Assembly (NCBI GenBank): GCA_002011125.2
Contig: MTMF02000018.1
Span: 1 to 37,034 of the forward strand
DNA: 37,034 nt
Origin: Candidatus Hydrothermarchaeum profundi
GTDB lineage: Archaea; Hydrothermarchaeota; Hydrothermarchaeia; Hydrothermarchaeales; Hydrothermarchaeaceae
Reading direction: 5' to 3'
This document shows, in pieces, positions 1 to 8,734 of this stretch. The notes below the pieces were generated by a model that was not told where the DNA came from, searched no databases, and saw only the letters and a program-made list of their open reading frames with translations. The position numbers and the translations under genes are program-made. Numbering within the stretch: position 1 is the stretch's first letter; every line of letters starts with the position of its first letter.

Positions 1-14
1 CTTTTTTTTTTTTT
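1..14 (+). repeat. Left inverted terminal repeat C(T)13
   Basis: Exact reverse complement of 37021-37034. Confidence 0.75.
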
Positions 15-15
15 A

Positions 16-102
16 CTAATGTTTTATAATATTTTCTCTATACTTATAAATTAAGTGTTTTAGTGTAATAGTATTTATTTTATACATTTCCATAAATCCC
101 AT
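16..102 (-). CDS. 28-aa peptide with MGFM N-terminus (not in ORF track)
   Basis: GGTGA SD upstream; MGFMEMYKINTITLKHLIYKYRENIIKH; stop next to the terminal T-run. Confidence 0.45.
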   Translation of the reverse strand: MGFMEMYKINTITLKHLIYKYRENIIKH

Positions 103-103
103 T

Positions 104-331
104 TCAATTCACCTTGGTATCATGTAACCGTGTTCTAAATAATCCAGAAGTAAGTGCGTAAAAGCTGCCGATACCAATGCAAATGCCAGTGAAAACCGCA
201 ATTTCCATCCTGTGGTAATATGATGGCATATTAAAGATAATTGCGATACCGTCAAATATATCGAGTAATACACCAATAAGCCCACTAATCCAGAAAATAT
301 GAAATGGGTTAATGGGTCTGGCATTGTTCAT
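104..331 (-). CDS. Small 2-TM membrane protein (overlaps 109..324 in another frame)
   Basis: ATGA coupling to upstream gene, GAGGA SD, two hydrophobic segments. Confidence 0.5.
   Translation of the reverse strand: MNNARPINPFHIFWISGLIGVLLDIFDGIAIIFNMPSYYHRMEIAVFTGICIGIGSFYALTSGLFRTRLHDTKVN
109..324 (-). CDS. Small membrane protein with YdjM-like His motifs
   Basis: N-terminal PLTH and C-terminal THLLLD flanking two TM segments. Confidence 0.55.
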   Translation of the reverse strand: MPDPLTHFIFSGLVGLLVYYSIYLTVSQLSLICHHITTGWKLRFSLAFALVSAAFTHLLLDYLEHGYMIPR

Positions 332-609
332 GATTCCTCCTCGATTTCATTCATCGCATCTTCTCCTATTTCTTCTGCTTTCCTCAAGCAGTATATTAAG
401 AAGTTTGCACCTATTTCTTCTGGAGATACTCCTTCTGGTGCTGTTGTATACATTTCTACAAAATTTTTAATTACATCGGTCGCGTTGTCTGCCCATTTCT
501 GGTAGAACATCTTTAGCATTTTTTCTGTGATTTCTTTTGGTTGTGCGTTTAAGTCTGCTAGTCTTTCTACTACTTCGTCTTCTATTTCAAATTCTATACT
601 TATTTTCAT
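328..609 (-). CDS. Hypothetical acidic protein
   Basis: GGTGA SD, operon packing. Confidence 0.75.
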   Translation of the reverse strand: MKISIEFEIEDEVVERLADLNAQPKEITEKMLKMFYQKWADNATDVIKNFVEMYTTAPEGVSPEEIGANFLIYCLRKAEEIGEDAMNEIEEES

Positions 610-615
610 ATAGCA

Positions 616-810
616 TCACCTTGTTTCTAATGATTCTTTTAATCGTTTTAATTCTGATTCTGTATATACTGTTTCCCCTCCTACTATTTTATATAATTTT
701 TCTCCGAATATATTTTTTCCTATATATCTGTATCTGTCTTGAAACTTTACACCTGTAATTTCATATTGTATCTTCATTCTCTTTTTTATTTTCTTATCCA
801 TGAATCCCAT
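616..810 (-). CDS. Basic 64-aa protein with MGFM N-terminus
   Basis: GGTGA SD places start at ATG 810 (MGFMDKKIKKR). Confidence 0.75.
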   Translation of the reverse strand: MGFMDKKIKKRMKIQYEITGVKFQDRYRYIGKNIFGEKLYKIVGGETVYTESELKRLKESLETR

Positions 811-838
811 TTTACTCACCTTGCTAAGTATTTTTATT

Positions 839-1051
839 TCACCTTTCTTTTTCCATGTAACATTCCCATTCTTCGGTTATCGTATTTAGGTTACACTTTA
901 TTACTGCGTCGCATTTTTCACATATATATTTTTTGTAGTCCCACTCATCATCCCAGAGTTCTATTTTGCCTCCGCATATTGGACACTCTGTATAAGGCCA
1001 TGGAGGAACTTTTATTGGTCTTTTCTTTTTCTTCATGTCCATGAAACTCAT
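839..1051 (-). CDS. Zinc-ribbon protein with MSFM N-terminus
   Basis: CPIC...CEKC; GAGGTGA SD. Confidence 0.8.
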   Translation of the reverse strand: MSFMDMKKKKRPIKVPPWPYTECPICGGKIELWDDEWDYKKYICEKCDAVIKCNLNTITEEWECYMEKER

Positions 1052-1057
1052 TTTGTG

Positions 1058-1255
1058 TCACCTCACAACCTTTTCTTTTTCAAGTATTACATATGCTATA
1101 CCGTTATTGTTTAACTCGTTTAGTATGTATTCATCTGGTTCTTTTACTGTAACACCGTATTTACTTATTATTACCTGTTTGCTGTGTTGTGTGATTGTCA
1201 TTATTGGTAAATCCCAATAATTTGCTGACTTGATTCTGATAAGCATGTTGGACAC
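1058..1255 (-). CDS. Hypothetical protein
   Basis: GGAG SD, operon packing. Confidence 0.65.
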   Translation of the reverse strand: MSNMLIRIKSANYWDLPIMTITQHSKQVIISKYGVTVKEPDEYILNELNNNGIAYVILEKEKVVR

Positions 1256-1743
1256 TCTCCTATATACATATAATCGGTATATTTTGATTCAACCACGTAT
1301 TCTTCAATACTGTCTGTCGTTAGTACTGCGTTGTTATCGAATACGTAGTATGCATTTTTCCTGTCACAGTAGAAGAATGTTACTATATGTGCTATCGGAG
1401 TATCGTTATACATAATCATCATTGATGGTTCTATACCTATATATGCTAAAAGACTTGCAGATAGCACGCTTAAGTCTTTACAGTCTCCATATCCTCTTTT
1501 TAGTGTAAGTTCAGGTGACTTTATGTCGTCTACTGTATCTTTTCTGTATTCAATTTGAGTCATTACATCCATGACGTCTTGTAGTGACTGTACTCCAAGT
1601 AGTTTACCTACAGATGGGTCTATGCTGTGATATGCTGTTATTAGTATGTATTTTAGTTCAGCTTCTTTAGTTTGTTTCGATGGGACAAGTATTTTGTATG
1701 TTGCATAAGATAGTATTGCTAGTGTAGCCAGTGTAAATAACAC
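1201..1743 (-). CDS. Membrane-anchored transglutaminase-like cysteine protease
   Basis: N-terminal TM; GDCKD...AHIV...VFD Cys-His-Asp triad. Confidence 0.8.
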   Translation of the reverse strand: MLFTLATLAILSYATYKILVPSKQTKEAELKYILITAYHSIDPSVGKLLGVQSLQDVMDVMTQIEYRKDTVDDIKSPELTLKRGYGDCKDLSVLSASLLAYIGIEPSMMIMYNDTPIAHIVTFFYCDRKNAYYVFDNNAVLTTDSIEEYVVESKYTDYMYIGECPTCLSESSQQIIGIYQ

Positions 1744-1747
1744 TATT

Positions 1748-1915
1748 TCACCTCCATAGTTTACCTATAACTAATCCTATGGCAAACCATGTTAGTTTTC
1801 TAATTGCTTCACTTTCTTCGTATGCACGTCTATACTCTTCTGCTGCTGTTTTTGTGGTTGTTACTACTTCAGCTGCTATTGGTTTAGCCAGTTTTTTCAT
1901 TTTCATAAAGCCCAT
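1748..1915 (-). CDS. 55-aa protein, MGFM N-terminus, C-terminal TM (not in ORF track)
   Basis: MGFMKMKKLAKP...LTWFAIGLVIGKLWR; fills gap exactly. Confidence 0.75.
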   Translation of the reverse strand: MGFMKMKKLAKPIAAEVVTTTKTAAEEYRRAYEESEAIRKLTWFAIGLVIGKLWR

Positions 1916-1918
1916 TTT

Positions 1919-2245
1919 TTACAACCCCCTTAGCATTTTTTCTAACCTATTAAATTCTGCTTTTAACTCTTCCAGTGTTCTCTTTTTTAGTGGTACTATT
2001 ACTCCAGTAGGTGCTATAAAGTATGATGTTTCTGGGTGAGTTTCTTCGTACTCTTGTATGTTCTTCATTACTCTTATTGTTTTCATCACGTCTGCTCTTG
2101 TCATATCACGTAGTTTTTCTTTGCCTGTTACTATTTTTACTAGGTCTATCAGGTCATGGTAGTTCATGTCAAGTGTTCCTGCTATTTCATGCATTACTTG
2201 TTTAAGTTCTTTCTTTGTCATTTTTCTCATATCCATAAATCCCAT
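1919..2245 (-). CDS. Helical protein with MGFM N-terminus
   Basis: GAGGTGA SD; MGFMDMRK. Confidence 0.8.
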   Translation of the reverse strand: MGFMDMRKMTKKELKQVMHEIAGTLDMNYHDLIDLVKIVTGKEKLRDMTRADVMKTIRVMKNIQEYEETHPETSYFIAPTGVIVPLKKRTLEELKAEFNRLEKMLRGL

Positions 2246-2250
2246 TTATA

Positions 2251-2421
2251 TCACCTCTGTTGTTCTATTTTGCCCCATTTAAATATTTCTGTTGTTAACC
2301 ATACAGCTCCTCCAGCTAATACTCCGTAAAATGCTGCATCTGATATTTTTTCATCTTCTTTGAATCCATATAGAGCGCCACCAACCCCAGCAGCTATTAT
2401 TATAGCGTCTCTTAGGTTCAC
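2251..2421 (-). CDS. 56-aa glycine-rich 2-TM protein (not in ORF track)
   Basis: GTG start with GGAGGTG SD; MNLRDAIIIAAGVGGALYG...AFYGVLAGGAVWL. Confidence 0.7.
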   Translation of the reverse strand: MNLRDAIIIAAGVGGALYGFKEDEKISDAAFYGVLAGGAVWLTTEIFKWGKIEQQR

Positions 2422-2949
2422 CTATACCACCTCCGCATAACCTTTTTCTTTTAGTAATTTTTTAAATACTTCATCTGGAGTAAGGTATCTATATTTTGGT
2501 TGTTTTGCTGTTGGTTTGTACCTAGCCCAGTCAACGTTTCTTGTTAAACAGTCTCTTATTGTTGAGTCTGGTATGTTTTCTATTAAGTGTTCGTCATTGT
2601 CAGCTGTAATTAGTTTTATGATTGAGTTACAACATATTTTTGTGTTTCGTGATAATCTTACTCGTCTTGTTGGTTCATCATCTATTTTTTCGAATCTCAT
2701 AGTTTCTTTATTATACATTATTGGTTGTACTACCGCATATACATATCCTCTACTTATTAGTGTTTTTCCTTTTAGTTTTGGGCATACAGGGTGTCTCTGA
2801 CCTTCTCTTATCTCATAGTAGTATTGTAGTTGTTCCTTTAGTTTTTCTATCTTCTTCTTTCTACGCCATTTACTTATTGTTGGGTCGTACATTGTTTCAA
2901 GTATTTTGTCCAGTATTTCGTCAAGTTTTCTATCTGCCCATTCTCTCAC
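2422..2949 (-). CDS. Hypothetical basic protein
   Basis: 175-aa ORF, coupled to neighbours. Confidence 0.75.
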   Translation of the reverse strand: MREWADRKLDEILDKILETMYDPTISKWRRKKKIEKLKEQLQYYYEIREGQRHPVCPKLKGKTLISRGYVYAVVQPIMYNKETMRFEKIDDEPTRRVRLSRNTKICCNSIIKLITADNDEHLIENIPDSTIRDCLTRNVDWARYKPTAKQPKYRYLTPDEVFKKLLKEKGYAEVV

Positions 2950-3413
2950 TTAGTACCACCTTTTCTAAATGCTGGTACAATTAGGTATACCGCTAGTGCT
3001 GTTAAAGTTATATACCCAGCGTATTTTATGTACTGTTGTATTTCTTCTGGTAGTGTCTTTGGTGGAGGTCTGTATGTGGTGTCAAGTGGCACTGTTCTTG
3101 AATCTACTACTTTTTCAGTTAGACATGCAGTTAGTATTTGACCTTCTTTTAGTGTTATTACTGCATACCAGCCACTATTGTAGTTGGTGTAGTAAAGGTC
3201 TGTTGATACAGTGACACATTGCTTTACGTATGTTTCTAGTCCTTCAAATTTATATCTATCTATGATGTTGTCGTCTTCGTCATATATTTCTACTGTTGCC
3301 CATACAGGACATGCTACATCTATTACAGACCTAACATCACATGCTGTTAGCCATACAGTTAATACTCCTGTTCTTTTCACCGAGAATCCTGCTGATTCTA
3401 TATATGCCATCAA
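2946..3413 (-). CDS. Beta-rich protein with C-terminal TM anchor
   Basis: Pro-rich linker, TM, basic tail RKGG. Confidence 0.75.
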   Translation of the reverse strand: MMAYIESAGFSVKRTGVLTVWLTACDVRSVIDVACPVWATVEIYDEDDNIIDRYKFEGLETYVKQCVTVSTDLYYTNYNSGWYAVITLKEGQILTACLTEKVVDSRTVPLDTTYRPPPKTLPEEIQQYIKYAGYITLTALAVYLIVPAFRKGGTK

Positions 3414-4420
3414 TCACCACCCCTTTTAGTAGCTGCTAGTGCTAGTCCTATTATTGCACCAGCTCCGATTAAGTATGGTGTATAGTTTGGTGGTTTTCTT
3501 TCTTCATATCCCGGTATAACTCCGGGTTTTTGGTTAATTACTGTTATGTCTTTCTCGAGTGTTACTGATTCATTTGTTATTGGGTCTATGTATGTAAATT
3601 GTGCAGTTACGACGTCTGATACTATGTCAGCGTCTTGTATTTCTACCTCTGATTGAAGTGATGCTGATTGTTTAGGTTCTAGCATTATATCGTCAAGTCT
3701 GTTTGGAGATACTGAAACTTTTAGTGGGTTGTGTTTTATACGGAAGTATCCCGGTACTGATACGTTACCTGTGTTTGTAGCTCCGATTTGTAGTTGTATT
3801 GGTACGAATGCGACTCCACTTATACTGTCTGGTGCAGATAGTGATACCGAAACTTTTGCTGGTTCTGGAGTTATTGTTTTTATTAAGTTACCTACAATTA
3901 CTTCAAGTGTTTTGCCGCGGTATTCTCCAGATAGTAATACTTTACCCATACCAAGTATTGTTGTTTTGTCTGTTGCTATTAGTTGTCCTTGGTACATAAC
4001 CTGTATGTTTGTTTCACACGGTGGTTTTGTTTGTATAACTATCGCAAAGTCTGTTAGTGTTTTTGATGGTTCTATTTCATAAGTGAAGTCAGTTAGTATG
4101 CATGGTTGAGGTGTTATGTCTTCTGCTAGTGTAAAGCTAGCACATTTTTCAGCTTTAGATGGGTCTGTTATTAGTACATTGCCCATTGATGCACATATAG
4201 TGTAGTTACCAGCTGGGAAGTTCATATATCCACCTATATACTCGTTTACACCTGTAGATAGACTTAATGTTCGTGAGTATGTCTCTATAAGCGTACTATC
4301 TCTGAATAGAGCTATAGATATTGGTGTAACCGTGTTAGATTCGGAGTATATCTCTACTGTAAATGGTACTCCAGCGTATGGAACGTTGTCAGATACTATT
4401 ATTTTTCGTATATAGGGCAT
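3410..4420 (-). CDS. Ig-like multi-domain virion protein with C-terminal TM anchor
   Basis: Beta-sandwich pattern (TNTGNV), TM then KRGG. Confidence 0.75.
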   Translation of the reverse strand: MPYIRKIIVSDNVPYAGVPFTVEIYSESNTVTPISIALFRDSTLIETYSRTLSLSTGVNEYIGGYMNFPAGNYTICASMGNVLITDPSKAEKCASFTLAEDITPQPCILTDFTYEIEPSKTLTDFAIVIQTKPPCETNIQVMYQGQLIATDKTTILGMGKVLLSGEYRGKTLEVIVGNLIKTITPEPAKVSVSLSAPDSISGVAFVPIQLQIGATNTGNVSVPGYFRIKHNPLKVSVSPNRLDDIMLEPKQSASLQSEVEIQDADIVSDVVTAQFTYIDPITNESVTLEKDITVINQKPGVIPGYEERKPPNYTPYLIGAGAIIGLALAATKRGGD

Positions 4421-5454
4421 TACTTCTCACCTCTTTTTGCATACAATATTACTGCACCTGCTACTGCTGCAGCACCAAGTACATACGGTAGTTTCGATGG
4501 CTTCGGTTTTTCTTCTTCTGGTGGAGGAGGCGGTGGAGGTGGAGGCGGCGGTGGTGGCGGTGGAGGAGGCGGTGGAGTTATTATTTCTGGTGGTGTTATT
4601 GTTATTGGCTTACACATTACTGAACCCGGGTATGTTTCCTGTTCGCAGTTGAATATGTTGCCAATACTTACACCTACAATAACTTCTCCACCGCCCATTT
4701 CAACTGTTTCTTTTATCGTTTTAATTGACCAGTCATTATCGTTATAATGGAATGTGAACGTGTTTTTGCCTATATTTATGTCTGGGTACACTAGTTGGTA
4801 TAGTCTACCTAAGTATCCTTTGGTTGGGTGCTTCATTATAAGATTGAATATTTTACTTTCACCGCAGTCTGACTGAACGTCAAACTCGAGGTCGAAAGTA
4901 CCTGCGTCTATGTTCAGGTTTTTGACTCTTATATCGGTTATATATGTCTTACCTGAACATCTTGAGCCAGTAACTATCTTGTCAAGGTACAATGTATCAA
5001 CACCGTCTGTAACCATTATGAGTATAGCAAATTTTTGGTTGATAAATGCTAGGTCATCGTATCGTATTTTGAACTTAAACGATAACACTTTTGTCGCGTG
5101 AGGTGCAAGTATTTCTGTGGTATTAAACGACCATACCTTCCAATCTGATGGGTCAAGTGATACTATTTTTGGGACCTCTCCTCTTGCATTAAAGTAACTA
5201 CGTGCAGTTAAATCGCATATATCAAGTATCCAGTATGATTTTCCATATATGTAATCCGATTCTCTGAAATAGCCCCATACATTTCCTCCTTGACCGCATC
5301 TTCCGTTTGTATGTACATCTCCAGCAGCTACTATACCTTTTATTGTTATTAGTCTTGTTTCATCGCTATCGTTTGTTATTTCGAGTGGTATTGTATTTTC
5401 TATCGGTTCGTATGTTGGTTGTATTATAGTTACTGGCAATATGTTTGCTATCAT
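4420..5454 (-). CDS. Beta-rich virion protein with poly-Pro stalk and C-terminal TM anchor
   Basis: 19 consecutive Pro, TM then KRG. Confidence 0.8.
   Translation of the reverse strand: MIANILPVTIIQPTYEPIENTIPLEITNDSDETRLITIKGIVAAGDVHTNGRCGQGGNVWGYFRESDYIYGKSYWILDICDLTARSYFNARGEVPKIVSLDPSDWKVWSFNTTEILAPHATKVLSFKFKIRYDDLAFINQKFAILIMVTDGVDTLYLDKIVTGSRCSGKTYITDIRVKNLNIDAGTFDLEFDVQSDCGESKIFNLIMKHPTKGYLGRLYQLVYPDINIGKNTFTFHYNDNDWSIKTIKETVEMGGGEVIVGVSIGNIFNCEQETYPGSVMCKPITITPPEIITPPPPPPPPPPPPPPPPPPPEEEKPKPSKLPYVLGAAAVAGAVILYAKRGEK
4519..4575 (-). repeat. Poly-proline codon run (19 x CCD)
   Basis: Mixed CCA/CCG/CCT codons. Confidence 0.95.
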
Positions 5455-5459
5455 CTACA

Positions 5460-5777
5460 TCACCATATCATTCCTAATAGTATTGATAGTACAAATGCAC
5501 TAAACGAGCCAGTTATTGCTCCTATTATAGCGGCTTTAACCTCCGATATATACTCTTTCGTATTTGCTTCGTTTTCTTTATGATAATTTAAATGGCTAAT
5601 TAACGTTTCACTTAAATCGGATACGTTTTCTTCGAGTCTTATTGTTCTCTCAGTATACTCGTTCTGTTTTTTAGACATGTCATGTAGTTTATCTATGATT
5701 ACCTTTGACTTGGCTGATAATTCACCTATTTGTTCTTTTATTTCCATTACCGCATTTATAAGCTGCTCGTTGTCCAT
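5460..5777 (-). CDS. Coiled-coil protein with C-terminal TM
   Basis: Heptad pattern, TIRLEE motif, hydrophobic C-terminus. Confidence 0.75.
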   Translation of the reverse strand: MDNEQLINAVMEIKEQIGELSAKSKVIIDKLHDMSKKQNEYTERTIRLEENVSDLSETLISHLNYHKENEANTKEYISEVKAAIIGAITGSFSAFVLSILLGMIW

Positions 5778-5781
5778 TATA

Positions 5782-6060
5782 CTACCTCACAAGTGCTCTC
5801 TTTAATATCTTTAGTATATTTTCAACCAGTGCAACAAGACCTGCGTACGCTATGAACTGGTTCTGGAAGCTTTCCTCTGTAATAGGTACTCCACTCATGT
5901 GCATTACAGCGCCTACTATTGCTCCAACTACAACTGTCGAAGAGAATTTTACTGTATCGAAATCTTGTGGTTCTTCAGTGTTTATTGCTTTCTTTATGTA
6001 CATTGACATAGAGTACACTATTGCAGCTAGTACTGCAGTTAGTATCGTTTCTACTGCCAT
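5782..6060 (-). CDS. Holin-like 3-TM protein
   Basis: 92 aa, three hydrophobic segments, basic C-terminus. Confidence 0.55.
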   Translation of the reverse strand: MAVETILTAVLAAIVYSMSMYIKKAINTEEPQDFDTVKFSSTVVVGAIVGAVMHMSGVPITEESFQNQFIAYAGLVALVENILKILKRALVR

Positions 6061-6555
6061 TTATATCACCTCCCCTTTTATTATAAATTCGACCGTTTTT
6101 CCTGCATATATTATCAATGCTATTACAAATCCTATGAAATATGCTGGGTATTTTAGTGAGTAGTATATGTTGTCGTATACACCTAAAAATAAACCTTCTA
6201 CCATTGAGTAGAATAAGTTTGCAAATGCAACTATCAGAGAGCCTAGTTCTAGTGGTACAGTATTATTCGTTGGGTATATCCATATCATGAACCATATAAG
6301 TATCATTACTCCAAACGTACCAAGACCGCCTATAAAGTATGCCATTCTATCTGTGACATTGTCGTATGTCCATCCTTTTAAACCGAAGAGGTCTCCATAC
6401 TGAACTATTGCATCGTATCCTTTATAATATGCGTATGCCCAGTGGAAGTATTCGTGTATCTTTGTTGATAGGAATATGAATATGAATACAGTTAGAAGTA
6501 ATGTTATTATTCTTACTGATTTTCGTCTGTATAGTTTCTCATCTAACTCGTTCAT
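6061..6555 (-). CDS. Intramembrane zinc metalloprotease-like (HExxH, M50-like)
   Basis: IHEYFH at end of TM1, further TM segments, FIGG motif. Confidence 0.65.
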   Translation of the reverse strand: MNELDEKLYRRKSVRIITLLLTVFIFIFLSTKIHEYFHWAYAYYKGYDAIVQYGDLFGLKGWTYDNVTDRMAYFIGGLGTFGVMILIWFMIWIYPTNNTVPLELGSLIVAFANLFYSMVEGLFLGVYDNIYYSLKYPAYFIGFVIALIIYAGKTVEFIIKGEVI

Positions 6556-7223
6556 ACATATGCCTCCACTAATGTTCTTACAGTAGGTATGTTAACTGAA
6601 ATATCTATACCTGATAAGTTTGCTATCGATGCGTGGAATAGGTCTGTATCTACACCACTTCCACTTGGTAGATTACTTGTTATACTTCCAATGTAACTAC
6701 CGTTTACATAGAACTTACACTCATTACCCGGTATGAATTCACATTCCAATATATAATCAGTACCACTGACTCTCGTGTCTGCAACTAGTTGTAAGTTGCT
6801 TTGATTTGTTCCATCTCCAACTATGCCATATAACACATAACCAGTTAGTACAAATCCTATATGTTCTGATGTATTATTAGTGCTGGTGTAAGACGATACA
6901 CCACCGTTTACGAGGTATACTATTTGAGATGGAGTCGTGTTATCAACACTTACGTTGACAGAGAAGTAGTGTCTAACTGTCCATGGCGGTGGTACACTGA
7001 CACTTGCTAGCTGACCAAAAGCCATTTTAAATATAGCAGCGTAACTACTTACTGTTGTTCCTGTTGACAATGTAACATAATCTTGAGTCCATGTAACAGA
7101 ACCAGTACCACCAGTAACTGATGTTAGTAAATTACTAGGCCACTCGTTTATAAATAGAAAACTACCTCTAAACTTCTGTATCTCTTTCAGTACGTTAGTC
7201 TTTTTCTTTATAGTCATTGTCAT
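6552..7223 (-). CDS. Lectin/concanavalin-like virion protein
   Basis: Ser/Thr/Gly beta-rich; KFYVNG motif. Confidence 0.6.
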   Translation of the reverse strand: MTMTIKKKTNVLKEIQKFRGSFLFINEWPSNLLTSVTGGTGSVTWTQDYVTLSTGTTVSSYAAIFKMAFGQLASVSVPPPWTVRHYFSVNVSVDNTTPSQIVYLVNGGVSSYTSTNNTSEHIGFVLTGYVLYGIVGDGTNQSNLQLVADTRVSGTDYILECEFIPGNECKFYVNGSYIGSITSNLPSGSGVDTDLFHASIANLSGIDISVNIPTVRTLVEAYV

Positions 7224-7759
7224 ATTTTATCCTCCCACCAAATTATACGTATTGACATATTTGCAGCAGAACCACTTTCGTTGGTATATATAATTAATAA
7301 ATCTGTATCGTTTGGTGGCATAATAACAGACTCACCAACTTCAGCTATATCTCCTGTCGCATGGACTCCTGTTCCACCGGGAGCTACTGTTTCTTGAAAC
7401 AATGTAGCGCCTGTTATATCATACGTACCGCTGTGTTCTACATTAGCTATTGAAGTGTTAGTACTGCCTAGGTTTAAATTTACTGGTGTTATAGTAGTCC
7501 CAGATGATGACACGCTTACACCTGTATATATATCAACAGTTCCTTGTGCTTCGCTGACACATCGTATAAGTATAACGTATATATTTCTACCACTACCTGA
7601 TGGATTCTCGAAGTACATTTCGGCAGTTGAACCACTAGCTACAGCAGTAAATCTTTTAGATGCCATAAATCCGTATCCATCACTAATCTTTTTCAACAAC
7701 CTCTGATTAAATATTCCTGTTCCGTCTGTAAATCTCAATATCGATTTCTGTAACCTCAT
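7220..7759 (-). CDS. Beta-sandwich structural protein
   Basis: FENPSGSG and ITPVNLN motifs, structural block. Confidence 0.6.
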   Translation of the reverse strand: MRLQKSILRFTDGTGIFNQRLLKKISDGYGFMASKRFTAVASGSTAEMYFENPSGSGRNIYVILIRCVSEAQGTVDIYTGVSVSSSGTTITPVNLNLGSTNTSIANVEHSGTYDITGATLFQETVAPGGTGVHATGDIAEVGESVIMPPNDTDLLIIYTNESGSAANMSIRIIWWEDKI

Positions 7760-7760
7760 T

Positions 7761-8057
7761 TCAACCCTCTACGAACCTATATATTATTCTTGCTGATTGT
7801 GAAGTACCGTCTGACTTTAACAAGACAATCGGCTTACCTTTTGTAGTAAATGGTTCATCTTCAAACGTATCTTCAGTTGCTATGTCTATCCACGTTTCAC
7901 CCATATCAAATGAAACGTATAGTGTATCTGTAGTAGATTTGTTTTCTACTATAATACTATAAACTGGTTTGTTGAAAATTACTGTAGTTATCTCTCCTGC
8001 TGTACTTGAAGTAGTTATGTCTTTTTGTTTCGGTACTCCAACTTTCACTTCTACCAT
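7761..8057 (-). CDS. Small beta-sandwich structural protein
   Basis: IIVENKS...LYVSFD pattern, similar to 10880..11194. Confidence 0.6.
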   Translation of the reverse strand: MVEVKVGVPKQKDITTSSTAGEITTVIFNKPVYSIIVENKSTTDTLYVSFDMGETWIDIATEDTFEDEPFTTKGKPIVLLKSDGTSQSARIIYRFVEG

Positions 8058-8734
8058 TAACCTAACACCTCCACAAGAGTTTCTCTACTAATATCAGTTT
8101 TTGTAACATCTGTAAGTGTGCCGTTGTTTTTGTATTGACTTAAATCATACCATGTGCCTGCTGAAGTGTCAATGGTGTTTCCAATTAGCCATAATACTAT
8201 TGAGTCGTAATCTACAGGGTCGTAAGGGTTATGATATATATGACTAATCTCTGAATCAGTGAGTTTTTTGTCATATAATATAGTTTCTAAAATAAAACCG
8301 TTGAGAAATTCAGTAGTAGATGAACCTGCTCCAACTCTAAAAACTGATGGGTCTACACCATCTTTATTTTGTACAGATATTGTAGTTTTGTTTGTATTTA
8401 AAGTTATATCAACAGAATCCCTATTTTTAGATATGACAATAAAGTTCCATTTGCTCGACAACGCATATAAACCTGATGTTGGATTATCCGACGTATTATC
8501 ACTATACTTTATCTGACCTTGTATTTCAAAAGTATTTGGTTCTATCCAGAATCGTGTTGGAACTGTGTTGAATAGCATTAGAGCATTACCAGCTGTATTT
8601 TTACCAGACACTTTAACCCACATTACTACTGTCCATTTAGATGAAATAAAAGTATCGCTAATTGACGATGAATCTGAAATAACAACGATACTACTACTCC
8701 CATTAAAACTACCTGCATAACCGTACTGAATCAT
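8057..8734 (-). CDS. LamG/concanavalin A-like protein 3
   Basis: FNG, TVVMWVK, WNFI, FLNGFI..LYDKKL, WYDLSQYKNNGT. Confidence 0.85.
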   Translation of the reverse strand: MIQYGYAGSFNGSSSIVVISDSSSISDTFISSKWTVVMWVKVSGKNTAGNALMLFNTVPTRFWIEPNTFEIQGQIKYSDNTSDNPTSGLYALSSKWNFIVISKNRDSVDITLNTNKTTISVQNKDGVDPSVFRVGAGSSTTEFLNGFILETILYDKKLTDSEISHIYHNPYDPVDYDSIVLWLIGNTIDTSAGTWYDLSQYKNNGTLTDVTKTDISRETLVEVLG

